A stretch of DNA of 64,000 nucleotides from NCBI GenBank assembly GCA_022813865.1, contig JALDZX010000024.1:62001-126000 (forward strand), in the 5' to 3' direction. The notes beneath the pieces are model-generated. The model searched no databases and was not told the origin of the DNA. It saw only the letters and a list, made by a program, of their open reading frames with translations. Of this stretch, positions 26,038 to 38,538 are shown in pieces (the stretch's first letter is position 1; every line of letters starts with the position of its first letter). The stretch comes from Xylographa opegraphella. Lineage: Eukaryota. The translations under genes were made by a program, and so were the position numbers.

Positions 26038-27042
26038 ATGCCACCTCCAACCCTCTGCGCCCGCTGCCTCCGCGCCTTGCATCTCCCCTCGCACGCCCGC
26101 ACCTACGCCTCCCTCCAAGCCATCACGCCCGCCCCCTCCCCCTCGCAGATCAGCAGCTCCGTCACCCCCCTCACGCACTACCCCCCCACGCAACCGCCGT
26201 CGCACCGGCCGCCTGAGTTCCGCAAATCGCAGCTACACCGCCAATACACGTCGCTGCTGCGCTCGTCGCCGCTGCTGCTCCTGTTCCAGCACAACAACCT
26301 GCGCGCGACGGAATGGATGGCCCTCCGGCGGGAGCTGGCGATCTCGCTCCGCAAATCAGACGCCCTTGACCCGTCGGCCGCCCCGCTCGCTGACGGCACC
26401 AAGATCCAGATCGTGCAGGGCAACTTGCTCGCCGCCGCGTTACGGGTCGTCGAGCACTGGCGCCCGGAGGAACAGCCGCAGGCGCAGAGGGTCCATGCTT
26501 CGGACCCAGCGACGAACTCTTCCGCCGAGTTGCCTAACCTGTCGTCCAGTGTCGCTGAGCCGGCGCTTCATCACGCCCTTTCCCGCGCCGCGTACGAGGT
26601 GTCTCGCCGCCAGCGCCTCGCCCATGCGTTGACTCCCCTACTCTCCGGGCCGCTGGCTATTCTCTCCTTCCCGGCTGTGTCGCCCGTACATCTGAGCGCC
26701 GCGCTGTCGATACTTGCGCCCCAGGCGCCGGGGTTTCCCGCTCCGACGAGGCGTGCAAACCCGGGTTACTATGATCTGGCGGTACAGGGAGGCGTGCAAA
26801 AGTTAATGCTGTTGGGGGCACGGGTGGAGGGGAGGGTGCTGGATGTGGAGGGGGCGAGATGGGTGGGTGGGATGGAAGGAGGGTTAGAGGGAATGAGGGG
26901 GCAGTTGGTGGCGATGTTGCAAGGGGTGGGTATGGGTGTGACAGGGGTGTTGGAGGGTGTGGGGAGGGGGCTGTATGTTACGGTTGAGGGGAGGAGAGGG
27001 ATGTTGGAGGAGGAGGAGAAAGGGAAGGGCGAGGGAGCATAA
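26038..27042 (+). CDS. MRPL11: Mitochondrial large ribosomal subunit protein uL10m (YmL11-like)
   Basis: Presequence-like N-terminus, PPSHRPPEFRKSQLHRQYTSLL, FQHNNLRATEW, PLLSGPLAIL, KLMLLGARVEG. Confidence 0.85.
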   Translation: MPPPTLCARCLRALHLPSHARTYASLQAITPAPSPSQISSSVTPLTHYPPTQPPSHRPPEFRKSQLHRQYTSLLRSSPLLLLFQHNNLRATEWMALRRELAISLRKSDALDPSAAPLADGTKIQIVQGNLLAAALRVVEHWRPEEQPQAQRVHASDPATNSSAELPNLSSSVAEPALHHALSRAAYEVSRRQRLAHALTPLLSGPLAILSFPAVSPVHLSAALSILAPQAPGFPAPTRRANPGYYDLAVQGGVQKLMLLGARVEGRVLDVEGARWVGGMEGGLEGMRGQLVAMLQGVGMGVTGVLEGVGRGLYVTVEGRRGMLEEEEKGKGEGA

Positions 27043-27560
27043 GGGCATCTGTTTGAGGTGGCAAGAGAGGAGGGGGTTGTATATTGAGCGACGAAGACGA
27101 GGTCGGTATAGAAGTACTAGAGCTGCGGAATCGGGATGGCTAAATGCCCGGCATAAAGGGAGTCAGATAATGCCGATGTACAGTATGAGAGAGTCCTAGC
27201 CTCAAAGCTGTGAATCAAAGTTGCAGCATTCTGCAGACCCAAAGCTCCAATACGCGCCTATGAAATACCAAGAACCCTTAAGAGTGATGCAAGCAGTGGT
27301 CATGGGAATTGCTACGAAGGTAACATATAATACTATACTCGACCTAGTTACATTGCCATCTCCAGTCCCTTGATCTGTGTAGTAGATCTCAGTTTCAAGT
27401 AAATCGTAGCCCGATAACAAACGCCCGTTATTTAGCTCGGTCAAGCTAGCCGTGGGTATCCCACTTCCCAGAAGAGAGCGCCATCCAATGCAAATATGAG
27501 GTATGTGTAGTTATTTATACTTCGACAAAACAGAACACCTACAGACTCCTTCCCTAAATA

Positions 27561-29405
27561 TTAGTTCAAAATATTGTCCCTAATCATATCCTGTGGTATA
27601 GAACCAGTAGGAGACACCGTCTCTCGATTCCTTCTGTCGTATGAGCCACATTGTTCTGTAGAGTTGATTGAGATGTTGGGAGGCTTGTGGAGATTTGGGA
27701 AGTCTAAGAACATGGTCGTTCCGGATTTCTGTACCGATCCATTGTTGCGAGCGGCAGAAGGTGATAACAGTGCCATCGGCGTATGAGGTGCAGCTTCGCC
27801 ACCATCCTTTCTTGGGAACTTTACAGTTGATGTCTTCTTCGTCTCGCCGTACGGCTTAGTCGTTTTGAAGGATTTGTTAATGGATTGTTGATTTGCCAGC
27901 ATCGCGGGTTTCTTCAAAGTAGAACGTTTTGCAGTTTGCTTTGCGGATGACTTAGTAGAGTTCATATTTACCTTATCTTGCTTGGAAGTCGTGCCACGCT
28001 TTCTGGGCTGCTTGCTGGAGTTGGTGGGTGGCTTTCCTGCAACGAGAGGCAGCACTTTGATCTTGAGGAATATCTTAGCTGGCTTTGGATGGGGGCTTGC
28101 TGAAGGTGTATGAATTCCATGATCCCTGACCTTTTGATGTTGTCCATTAATGATGACTTGCAGATCGCCGGCTTTCTGCCTCGCTCGCTCAACTTCCGAA
28201 TCCGTGCAGTCCATATAACCCCGGTTGGCTTCACTCCATTGGTGGGCGACCTTGTCCGATGCGCCTTTCACAACCAAATCCCAACAGTCTTCGAACTCTT
28301 TTCCTGGTGGAGGGGCGTCCCGATTGATCCATATGGCAAGGCCGTCCCGCCGCCCACGTACTACGCTGCACATCTCTCTCACTATCCTCCTCACACCAGG
28401 AATCTTCATACTGGTTCCCACAACGATCACAGCATCAGGTCGAGATCGGAGATCGGCGCCAACCACTGCTCCAATGGCTTCCTCATCTGGATTGTGCTCA
28501 TTGTAAAGTACGATCCGAGGCCTTAATTTCCCAATTCCGTGACTACGTTTTCCGGCATGGTCGGTTCGGACCTTATCCGTCTCTATACAGACCTTGCAAA
28601 GCGGTGGTTCAGGACCGTCAAAGAGTAAAGGCTCAAAGTCGGACAAATGGTTACATTTCGAGCAGACCATTTTCTCTAACCCACCATGTAATTGTACAGT
28701 TCTGGGCCAAGGACCTTTTGTGCCGAGAGGAACGCTAGTTTCCAGCGCAGGTAGCGCTACGTCTATTCCATCCACGTTCTGAGTATAAAGTCGCAAAAGT
28801 CGGCCTTCATGTCCCAATGTCGAAAGCATTTGGTGGAAAGCGGTCGGCTCTGCAGCGCTAACAAGGTGAGAGAGTGACCGTACCATATCGTGGAAGGAGG
28901 AGGTGGAGGAATCGGTTTGGTATACAGATGCATCGAAAAGGTGCTTTCCTGATGCTTTAAGCTTATGCTCGCTCCGTAGAGTCGTGAAAAGGCCAGTGGA
29001 AGACCGGAAATCAGGGACTATGATATGGTCAATAGCGACTCTTCTGAAGTGCGATTCTCGGAACTTACTGCCAGCAGATACTGAAATCCCGGCTCCAGCG
29101 ATAACAACAATCTTCCTCCGCTTACGTAGAACCTTCAAGAGGATATCCATTTGAGACTGTTGCTCCTTCATACCTTGACTCAGATCCAGGTGCTCAGTAG
29201 TCCGCGGTTTCGGTTCGGTCGCCCTCCGCTTCTTCGCGGCTGGGGATTCGGTGTCATCCAGCGTATGCCTTTTAGAAGAATTTATGTCTAAGATTTGCGG
29301 ATCCTGCTCCTGTGATGAGACCGGAGATGGATAATCTTGTGGTGGAGACATTGATCTGGTAGAACTGAGGTCAGACGACAGATCGGATGAGCTGTCGTCG
29401 TCCAT
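27561..29405 (-). CDS. HST4: NAD-dependent deacetylase, Hst3/Hst4 class sirtuin
   Basis: IVVIAGAGISVSAG/IPDFRS (51-nt intron 29068-29018), HLFDASVY, LYTQNVDGID, QLHGGL, CxxC...CxxC, LRPRIVLYNE, VVGTSMKIPGV. Confidence 0.92.
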   Translation of the reverse strand: MDDDSSSDLSSDLSSTRSMSPPQDYPSPVSSQEQDPQILDINSSKRHTLDDTESPAAKKRRATEPKPRTTEHLDLSQGMKEQQSQMDILLKVLRKRRKIVVIAGAGISVSAGSKFRESHFRRVAIDHIIVPDFRSSTGLFTTLRSEHKLKASGKHLFDASVYQTDSSTSSFHDMVRSLSHLVSAAEPTAFHQMLSTLGHEGRLLRLYTQNVDGIDVALPALETSVPLGTKGPWPRTVQLHGGLEKMVCSKCNHLSDFEPLLFDGPEPPLCKVCIETDKVRTDHAGKRSHGIGKLRPRIVLYNEHNPDEEAIGAVVGADLRSRPDAVIVVGTSMKIPGVRRIVREMCSVVRGRRDGLAIWINRDAPPPGKEFEDCWDLVVKGASDKVAHQWSEANRGYMDCTDSEVERARQKAGDLQVIINGQHQKVRDHGIHTPSASPHPKPAKIFLKIKVLPLVAGKPPTNSSKQPRKRGTTSKQDKVNMNSTKSSAKQTAKRSTLKKPAMLANQQSINKSFKTTKPYGETKKTSTVKFPRKDGGEAAPHTPMALLSPSAARNNGSVQKSGTTMFLDFPNLHKPPNISINSTEQCGSYDRRNRETVSPTGSIPQDMIRDNILN

Positions 29406-30188
29406 GACTCCGGAAGGCGCGCACGAAGTTGCAGCGCTAAATCAATCACGTTGAGGAATGCTGTCGCGTGGCTAAATTGTAAATCATATAGTCGACCTTA
29501 TGCGTGGAAAAAAGATCACAACGAGAGAAAGGCTTCGGAAGAGTCAAAGGAGCAAGCACATGGGGGGGAATTGGAGGAGAGACGCAGTCGTGCAAGAGGG
29601 AGCTGCCAGACTAGCAGAATAGTAGTTGCGCTTGGACGCACCAATGACACGTTGCCGCGAAGGCTCAAAGTTAAGGTAGGGAGGAATGGCGGGGGCAGCT
29701 ATTAGTCCCTGTCATTTGAGCCTCTATTGACAAGGCAGCGCCCTTTGTTTACAACCTCCGACCACCCATCCTCCAGGGGCAACTGAGGTCCAGCCCATCC
29801 AACTCGACCTCGATTGACCCTCACACGACAAAGAATGGCTCTCTTGGACGTTCTGTTGCATACAAGATTGTGATCGATTTATCCACGTCATAATTGACTT
29901 TTATTCTTAAATTTTAAGCGAATACACAAAATTATTCAAATTATACAGATATCTTTGCCATTTGGAACGTCGGATCTGCTTGATCGTCTCCCCTTCCGTT
30001 CTCAAGGTTGCAAAGCTGTATGTGTTACAAGATTCATGTATCAATTATGAATAGTGATTAAGTTGCCCTGTTATGAGTCGGTGACGAAGAGGATTTCAAG
30101 GAGTGTCTAAGATGTGAATGTTTCATTTCAGTCCATTTGCCCACCATCTATCTGGCTTTGAATTATCGTACATTGTACTCTTCCAATA

Positions 30189-33100
30189 ATGCCAATGATG
30201 ATGGAAGACTACGAGGACCTTTTCTCCGATCCACTCCCGCTTCCTCCACCGCCGCTAGCTCGCGGCTTACAAGAAAGATTGGATGAGCTCAGATCTGTGG
30301 GATGTTGCCGGTTGGTATTTCGATTTGCAAGGCAGTCATGTGCATACTGACTGGGAACAGTAAAATTGCTTGGTCCAAAATGGGCTGTATTGCGTACATC
30401 AGTACCGATGGCAAGGAACTGCATCTGGCCACTCTTCTGCATCACAAGAAAAAGGGAATCTGGGATCTACACCTTCACACCGATCCGACTTTAGTAGACC
30501 ATATCATGCGGACTTTTAAGGGCAGAGAATTAGCACACTTATCCTGGAATCCTTCTGGCTCAGAACTTTTGGTTGCCGATATATATGGCCGACTGGCTAT
30601 TTGCACAATAGTCATTGCTATGAACCGCTTGACGGTGTCCAAGACCTGGAACGATCCGGATAACTATATGAATTCTCTCGTCGGCTTATTTTGGTTGAAC
30701 GTCAAGAAAGTGGTATGCTAGTTGTCCGGCATTTCAACCTTCGCTAGCTGAGAGTCTATGTAGGTGCCTCTATACCGCTCGGCTGTAAGACAGGATGGCC
30801 AATGGAACTACGCTGTTACTCAACAAGAAACGAAGGGTCCTTATAATCCTTGGGCAACCAAGTCACCACTCTCAGCAATGGTCATCGTCTCACGGGGTGG
30901 ATCTGTACGACTGGTTTACCAGGGTCCAGATAACTCGTGGCACGATGTAAGACACGAAATCGATGATTTTGCTACAACTAACGAGCTACTAACACATGCT
31001 GCGCTTTGTCCTGATAGAGGTAAGTTCAAAGTACCGCTACTCTGCACATCATTAACGTTATTGGCAGGAGACAGTCTTTTGTTAGCGGTTCACACCACTG
31101 GGAAACAGCTACGTCTTTATCGTGCAACTATAGATTGGCAGCAGCCAGCGGGGAAAGAACCAGCATCATCCGAGCCAAAGATCTCCTTTCAGCACCTCGA
31201 GACTATAGATGATTGCTGTCCTATGCTGGACTACACTACTCAAAACCAAGAGACATATACTTTACCATCCTCTGAAGCTCAATTATCTCACATTGAGTTA
31301 CTTGCGCAGGCCGCAGATCCCCGCAGCAAAGAAAGTGCCTCTCCTACAATTCTTGCAACGTTCTCGTACTTGCCAAACCAGTACAGCGTTAGTGGAGTTC
31401 ACGAACTGCCTTATACAATCCTCTCCAGATGGGTCATGCGAAATGTTGAGTCCACCCTACACTCAGTCTTTGGTTCCCTTACATCAAAGAAGTCAAGCTC
31501 GCCTGTGCGACTTAAGGTTCGTCCTGCCATGGTCTGTAGAGTATCTTTCTCATACTCATCTATCACATAGGAGTCCGCGGCGCTTGTACGTCTGCAGGAC
31601 GTTCGCATCGACCATGTTGCAATCGATATACAACAAGTCTTACTCAGTAATGCAATAGCTGTTGCTTATAGTGATGGGAGCGTAGACCTCCGAGATCGAT
31701 TCATAATGCAGAGTATGGCGACAGATGAAGGAATGGATAAGGTTACTAGCTTGATTCAAGTAGGTTTTGGATTTCAGGCCACAGATCCATGTGCGTTGAT
31801 CTTTCATGATACGCTGTTGATTGTACTGAAACAAAAAATTTCCAGGTCTACACGTAGCTTTATCACCCAACACATGTGTCAAGGCATTCTTTGGGCATGA
31901 ACATGAGCCGAAGATGGTTAACGCACAATTGGTGAATCGCGACATTGACATCCAACACAATAGTATATAAGCCTCGATGCTCTGACAATACATTCGTTAA
32001 TAGCTCCTAGTTTTCACCGAAAAAGCGACGGCCGCCTTCGTTCTCCACAATGCCACGGCCGGATTTAACAATAACAATAATGATGATTTGCTTCTGACAA
32101 TGCAGGACTACATGACTCATCTTCCACCCGACGAATCCCTTGCTCAACGTAACAAAATGGAACAAGACTTTCTACGTGACCTTTATAGAACCCTGAACGT
32201 AAACCTCGATCAGTCAACAGACCCTCAATCTGACAAACTCCTTCGCTATCCTATGTTACAGCGATGTCTCAGTTTACAAGCTGCACTTGGCAACAGAAGC
32301 GATAAAGTGCCGCGCTCTGTTATCTCGAAGGTGGCATGGGTCATGATGAATCTACGAATGATCGCCCTGACCTTCGCATTTGCTTTTGCTAAATCCGGCA
32401 GCGCTCCTGAGGGGAGCTCCGAGCTTAGCAAGCCTGGTATTTTTAGATGTTCTTAATAAGTGTGAATACGCTGACCGATTTAGAAATCATGCAAGCAATG
32501 ATCGGCTTGGCGCGGTGGTCGATGACATTGACAGACTATATCGTGGATCAGCTGTTCGAACTTAAGCGCTGCATCGAACCTGATCAAGGCTTTGAAATGA
32601 ACGTCATCTGGGAAAGAAGTGAGTCCTAGCTTTCGCTGATTTCTCTGTGGCTTTATCCTCTACCATCTCCAAACTACAAATTACTGTACTTGAAACTGAT
32701 ATCCCTTGCAGTCCGTGCCACCCGCTCTCCCGCTCTCCTCCTGCTCCTCACTTCCACCGCACGCACCTTCCTACGCTACAATTGTCGTGGTCTACGCGGT
32801 CTGTCTACCCTCTCTTCTACGCACCTCGACCAGCAGCACCCACACTCACACCCCTCCGCACTCCTCGCCCCCTCCCACGCTCTATCCGAAATATTCGCCA
32901 GCGCCCACCTCCCGCCTCGTGCCCTGGAATCACTCTTCCTGGAAACAGATTCCTTGGTCAAACACGCTTACGCTGCGGCGCAGCCCACTATCAGCGAGCA
33001 AAGACAGCAAGTTCTGGAGCGGGAGATGCTGGTGAGTGGAGAAGTCCCGGAGGTGCTATGGGGGGTTGTGGAGCGTGTCCTGGGGAAAGGTGGTCTGTTG

Positions 33101-33421
33101 GAAAGGGTGGGCGAGCGGGAGGGGGTCAGTGAGGGGGAGCTATTCTTTGGAGGGTTTGAGGAGTTAGGATTAGATGAGGATCTGAGGACGAGGGAGTGGT
33201 GGGCGAGGAGGACAGTGGATGAGGTGAGGAAGATTGTGCTGAGGAAGAAGCCGACGGATGGAGAGGAGATGGGGTCGGGTGAGTGGAAGGGAACTCTGAA
33301 GTTACGGACGTGTCTGAGATGTGGGGCTGTTATGGAAGATTTGTTGCCGTCGAAAGGTGCGAGTGGGTGGGTGATGAGTTTGCAGCGGACCTGTTTCTGT
33401 GGGGGATTTTGGATGGTGTGA
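30189..33421 (+). CDS. MED16: Mediator subunit Med16/Sin4
   Basis: QERLDELRSVGCC/RKIAWSKMGCIAYIS, HLSWNPSGSEL, LTHAAL, QRCLSLQAALG, C-terminal LRTCLRCGAVMED...QRTCFCGGFW; many short GT-AG introns. Confidence 0.92.
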
Positions 33422-33754
33422 AGGGGAGACGAGAGCGGGGTGGTTCGGATGTGTGAGTAGAGCTAGATGTGTGTCGATATTGTGGTGATATTTAGTCAGG
33501 ATGTTATGTTTAAGTTCAGTCACGCAAGGAATGATATGGTAAAAAATTACCATGTATACTCAGCGAGAATCCGTGAAAATCGGATTATTTTTTGCTCGAT
33601 GCATACCGCACCAAGAGTCCACTTCAGCTACAGCTACAGCAACCCATGGTACTAGCCGACACCAGGCGCCATCATAGCATCGTCAATCAGTGCAATACCG
33701 CACCATCCATGCCCAATGAAACCGTTCGAGCAGCTGTACAGACCACAGTCGTCG

Positions 33755-35968
33755 CTAGTACACTTTCTCGCGATACTCCACACGCACATTGGCCTCCCTG
33801 CCCTCGATCCAATGCCCGACCTCGCGCGTCCCGTCCACAAGCTCGACTTCGCGGCGCACCCACTTCCCTTTCTCTTTTTCCTCGTCACCCAGTGCAGCAG
33901 GCTCATCCTCGCTTCCTCCATACCCCCCTTCCTGGTCTTCGCCGATAAGGGAATTGCCATCTACGGACGAAGCAAAACCTCCAGCGTCCCCTCCTTCTCC
34001 GTCGTAGGCGGAGTCTTGGCTGCCTACGCTCCAGTAGTCGTCGTCCTCGGGCCCGAGCGACAGGCCGACGGGGTCCCACTCGCCGGTCTCCCAGATGAGG
34101 CGCAGGTGCATGGGCTGGATGGAGAAGAGTCGACCGACCTCGGATTTGAGGTAGTAGGTGTTGATGCTCCGGGGCAGGCGGATGGTCTTGATCGTTTCTT
34201 CGCGGCCGTCCACCAGGGCTCCGTGTTCGGGGCTGGGGTAGGACTTGAAGGAGAAGATGAATGTGATGAGGCGTGAGCCGAGTGTATTATCCAGAAAAGT
34301 TGACGATGCTGTTCCTTCACGATTGACGGTCGGTTCGCCGTGGAGGTTGCAGAGCTCGACGAAACGGGGGTGGTATGTCAGCACGTCGGCGGCTTTCTCG
34401 GCCGGGTACTCGGAGAGCGTGACGCCGATTTGGTTGAGGTAGTAGAGCTCGGAGTTCAAGCGCTGGGCAGAAGTGATGGTGCTGTAATTGAGAGTTTGGA
34501 TGCTCCCGACACGAGCGAGAGTTAACATGAAGCTTTCGTCCGATGTCATGGTCACAAAGAGGGGGTTGTGCGAGATGCGCAAGGATTTGAGTTTCGGAAC
34601 TAGTGTTAGTAGGTGCGAGATGAAATGGAAGGACGAGATGAGGTTGTCGGAGACGTCGAGATGTAGGAGAGACTTGAACACCATTGGCTCGGTGAAGGTG
34701 GAGCAGTTTGTTGGGTTGCTGAGGCGTTGGCAGGTCGAGACGGGTCCCAAAGTATCGCATGTCAGCCTGTCTATCTGGTTCCAGCGTAGAAACAATTTTT
34801 CCAGCAATGGAAGGGAAGTCAAATTGTGGAGGCATCCGATGCACTGGAAGCAGTTATAGGAGAGGTCCAGAGAGGTCAGGTTCGTCGTTGGCAAGCATTT
34901 TGGTATGTCGGTGAACAAGTTGGAGGCGAGACGCAAAGTCTGGAGGCGGTGAAAGTGGGATGTAAGAAACAAGACCTGAGACCTTGGGTTAGACAGCCAG
35001 CCAAGGAGTTCCAATGTGAGAGACCAACCTGGTACCATGTTAAGAGTGTGTCTTCTAGATATAACTCTTCGATATCTCCATAGACCTTGTCCAGAGTTGC
35101 TGCTTGCCATGATGGTACCTCAAGACCCCGGAAACGATTACCGCTGGCTAGATGTTAATCACTCAATTCGAGGTTTGGTAACATACTGCTTGAAAACTTA
35201 CTTTAATCTCAACATCTTGATCTGTAGACCTTCGCAAATTGCTGTAACGTCTGTCCACAGTTCTAGCAAATTCTGGCCCAGGTCTAAGAACTGTACTTTG
35301 GGCAAATCTTTCCCGAAACGCGTGATTGGATCTTTCTGGTTAAAGTCCTTGTCAAGCAACTCCGATCCATACGGTGAGAACCAGGGCTTTGACCCATAGC
35401 CGGCAATACAGGCGCGATCGAGAATGGCTATTTGGAGCTCGTTCAGCATTGCTTGGCGTTCTGCTATCTTTCCGAAGCCGATCTCCTCGACAACTTTGCC
35501 GCTGATTGAGATGGGCTCGTCAGGTTCCATGAGTATCCCAAGGAGGTAATTAGGATCAAGCGATGCTGGAGCATACTTCTGTTGTATAGCTTCCATGAAT
35601 CCTTTTGGCTGGTCAAACTTGCGAGTTGAGCGTATGAACGAAGCAGCAAATGGCTGTGGATTCAAGCCTAAAAAGCTGGTCAACTTCCTATCATACCTTT
35701 TCCTGAGATGTAGCTCACATTGGAAATAGAGGTGATCGTTGTAGGTCCCGTTGTGTTTTCCCCTGGTGGGATCGTCCCATTCAATTCCAAGCCAGTCGTG
35801 CTGCGTCCCCACGACGTTGCCAACATAGCGGACTGTCCCAAGGTCTCCTCCTAGAGAGATTCGCTTGCCAATGTAGAAGTCCGAAGTTTCGAGTTTCATC
35901 AGTGCTCTCAATGGCTGAGCAATCTCTGCGTACTCTTCAGCGTCGGACCCTGGCAAGAACTGTGACAT
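33755..35968 (-). CDS. PAC2: Tubulin-specific chaperone E (CAP-Gly + LRR + ubiquitin-like)
   Basis: GTVRYVG...WLGIEWDDPTRGKHNG CAP-Gly, VVEEIGFGKI, LRRs (LDLSYN, LRISHNP), RLNSELYYL, LRLIWETGEWDP; three introns; start ATG uncertain. Confidence 0.92.
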
Positions 35969-36488
35969 AATGAACGAATATGGCACAAGAAAGGAGAATT
36001 AGAAAAGAGTCTTGGATGCAGTGCGTGACCAGTAGTCCGGCACCGGTGACTTGAGCAAGCAATGTACGGATGATGATGAACTTGCAAGAAAGGAAAACAA
36101 ATAAAGATCTGCATTGCACTTGGTCCTACAGCCATATTACACGGCTCCTGCAAATCCGCAGTAGTGCCGTTACCGCACTGTCCGCCGCCCGCTCAACACC
36201 CGGAGTTCGCACCTGAAAATCTACGATTAACACTTTCTACGAAAAGAAGCCTTCTCGGCGTCACTTAGTAGCATAAAGAAATACTTCGACGTACCTTGCT
36301 ACCACAACCTGTGGCAACTGAAGTCTTAATTACGCGGTGTATCAGGGGTATGAGCAGAAAACTCGCGTAGTCATCTCCTAGGCGAGAGAAACAGCCTTGC
36401 GCCAAGATTATTAGCAGGACTTCATACCTCGAACCTTGGTCGTATGCCACTCACTGCCAGCCATTTCTGAGACTCACGGACCAGTAGG

Positions 36489-37259
36489 ATGGATTATCAA
36501 GTACGCAATGAGACAAATACCAAAATCATGAACGCCTGCTGAACTCATATATAGAATAGAGCCGGCAGCAAGTTCGGCGGCGGCGGAGTTGCTTCCTACT
36601 CCAGCACAAATGCAGATCGCAGAGAACGTCTTCGAAAACTTGCGCTAGAAACGATAGATCTCGACAAGGACCCTTACTTTTTCAAGAACCACGTCGGCTC
36701 CTTCGAATGTCGTCTCTGCCTCACCGTCCACCAAAACGATGGCTCTTACCTCGCCCACACCCAGGGTCGCAAGCATCAGACCAATCTCGCCCGCCGCGCG
36801 GCGCGTGAACAAAAAGAAGGCAGAGCACAGGATGTGAACATGCTGGGCGTAAACATGGGGGTGCAAGTGAAAAGGAACACCGTGAAGATTGGGCGCCCAG
36901 GGTACAAGATCACGAAGACCAGGGATCCACTGACAAGACAGCATGGTCTACTGTTCCAATTACAGTACCCAGAAATTACGCCCGGTGTGGTGCCAAGGGT
37001 ACGATTTATGTCGGCGTTTGAGCAAAAAGTGGACGATCCGCCAGACAAAAATTACCAGTACTTACTCGTGGCGGCGGAGCCTTATGAGACCTGTGGTTTC
37101 AAGCTACAGGCAAGAGAGGTGGATAGGAGGGAAGGTAGATTCTGGTCTTGGTTTGACGAGGATAGTAAGGAGTTCTGGGTGCAGGTGCTTTTCAAGACAG
37201 AGAGAGAAGAGAGATACAGTGGTGTGCCGGGACTTGCGCCTAGCGGACCACGACGATAG
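36489..37259 (+). CDS. PRP11: Splicing factor SF3a subunit 2 (Sap62/Prp11)
   Basis: MDYQ/NRAGSKFGGGG...DRRERLRKLALETIDLDKDPYFFKNHVGSFECRLCLTVHQNDGSYLAHTQGRKHQTNL, KIGRPGYKITK, AAEPYETCGFK. Confidence 0.97.
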
Positions 37260-37623
37260 AAATTGGTAGGATAGAAGATCTGCGGTGTCCGGCGTTATCC
37301 TGTCAGATACCTAGGGAATGAGCATTTCGACAAAGCCTTCGGTTCATCACATGTGCTTATGGAGGTAAAACCAACTTCAAACACAATCCACAGAGCAAAC
37401 GCTTTGCAGATCGACCATCATGTTAATTACTATCTTTATGCTTCCACCTCCCTGCCTTACTTACCTGGAGTTTCTAGTAATGCACCCCTATACAAGCAGA
37501 TATAGAGCCGAATACGCGAGTTATATCCCAGGTCGTAGCATGTACAGACATTCCGATTCCCAAGTCCTTTAGTGTAACCTTGTGGTAAAGATTGAACAAT
37601 CATTGTTTGACCTTCCTACAGGC

Positions 37624-38188
37624 TCAACTTGATCCATTTGTATTGCTCTCATCAAATAAGTCGCCAAATTCTCCTGAAGAGGAACATGTATTAGTATGAG
37701 ATACAGCTATAATGTAGGGCCACCATTACGTAAATTGAAATTCTTATCCAGCACCTGATCCATGGCCCGTTGGTAGTCATCCATAGCTTTCTGGTTCTTC
37801 CACGCCCAACCCGGCTCGTTCTCCGCATCCTTTGACTCCTCGTTGATTGTAACTCCCATTGTGCTGCTCATTCCCCCACTCGACAGCTCTCCAAGTTGTT
37901 GTTCTGACATATCCATCAGATCCTCCTGCATCTCATTGCGATTCATGTTGATAGGATCCTGTGAGTTGGGGGGTGAGAGTTGAGAGCTACGGAAGTGTTC
38001 AAGAGTATTTGACCCAGGATTTTGTGGAGTAGGAGGATCGCTGGCGGAAGGAAACATAGAGTCTGATTCATTGCCTGAGTCCGACGATAACATTTGGGAG
38101 TCCCGATCTTTGTCTTCTTCGTCTACAAATTCGGTCAGACTTCAGGGGCGTAAACAGAGTATTTTGCGGGAGATAACTTACTGGACAT
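37624..38188 (-). CDS. Small conserved fungal hypothetical protein
   Basis: ATG 38188, two canonical introns, LSPPNSQ, EPGWAWKNQKAMDDYQRAMDQVLDKNFNLR/EFGDLFDE. The motif resembles a Pezizomycotina hypothetical family (recalled, not searched). Confidence 0.75.
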
Positions 38189-38538
38189 CTTCTATTACGC
38201 ACTCATGCAGACTTTACCGTCAATATTAGACTACACAACAGCATGATAAATTGAAGCTATGTTGAGCTTCAGTATAGCTACCCGGCCAGCCCTAGATTAA
38301 GGTATTGATGACTGCACTAACCTCTGCGGGCCGTATTGCCCGCATTATTAGACTACCTGTTACCTGCGTACCTTCTCCAAAGCTGGGGAGTTGACCCTAC
38401 TCTGGTCGCCTCAAAATTCACACTCCCAATTGATCTTATGCTGATTGCTGGCGTTTTCTATGTCATTACCTTCAAGTCTTACTGAGTTCTATTTGGTTAC
38501 TATAAAGAAATCTCGTCCTCCAAATACCTTGTCGTGTA

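Noticed and set aside
27202..27444. 80-aa minus ORF between convergent MRPL11 and HST4
   Set aside because: No ATG start, no recognisable motif, and it lies in the expected HST4 3'UTR.
29018..29068. Apparent 17-aa insertion in the HST4 NAD-binding motif (and a Cys-rich insertion in NUP84 at ~3974-4033)
   Set aside because: Both are stop-free 3n introns with canonical GT/branch/AG that the ORF track read through.
29880..29960. AT-rich island in the HST4/MED16 spacer as a transposon relic
   Set aside because: No terminal repeats or coding remnants; compatible with an ordinary nucleosome-depleted promoter.
37458..37468. TACTTACCTGG resembling the U1 snRNA 5' end
   Set aside because: No U1-70K GATCA loop, no correctly placed ATTGCAC loop and no Sm site; better read as a minus-strand splice donor.
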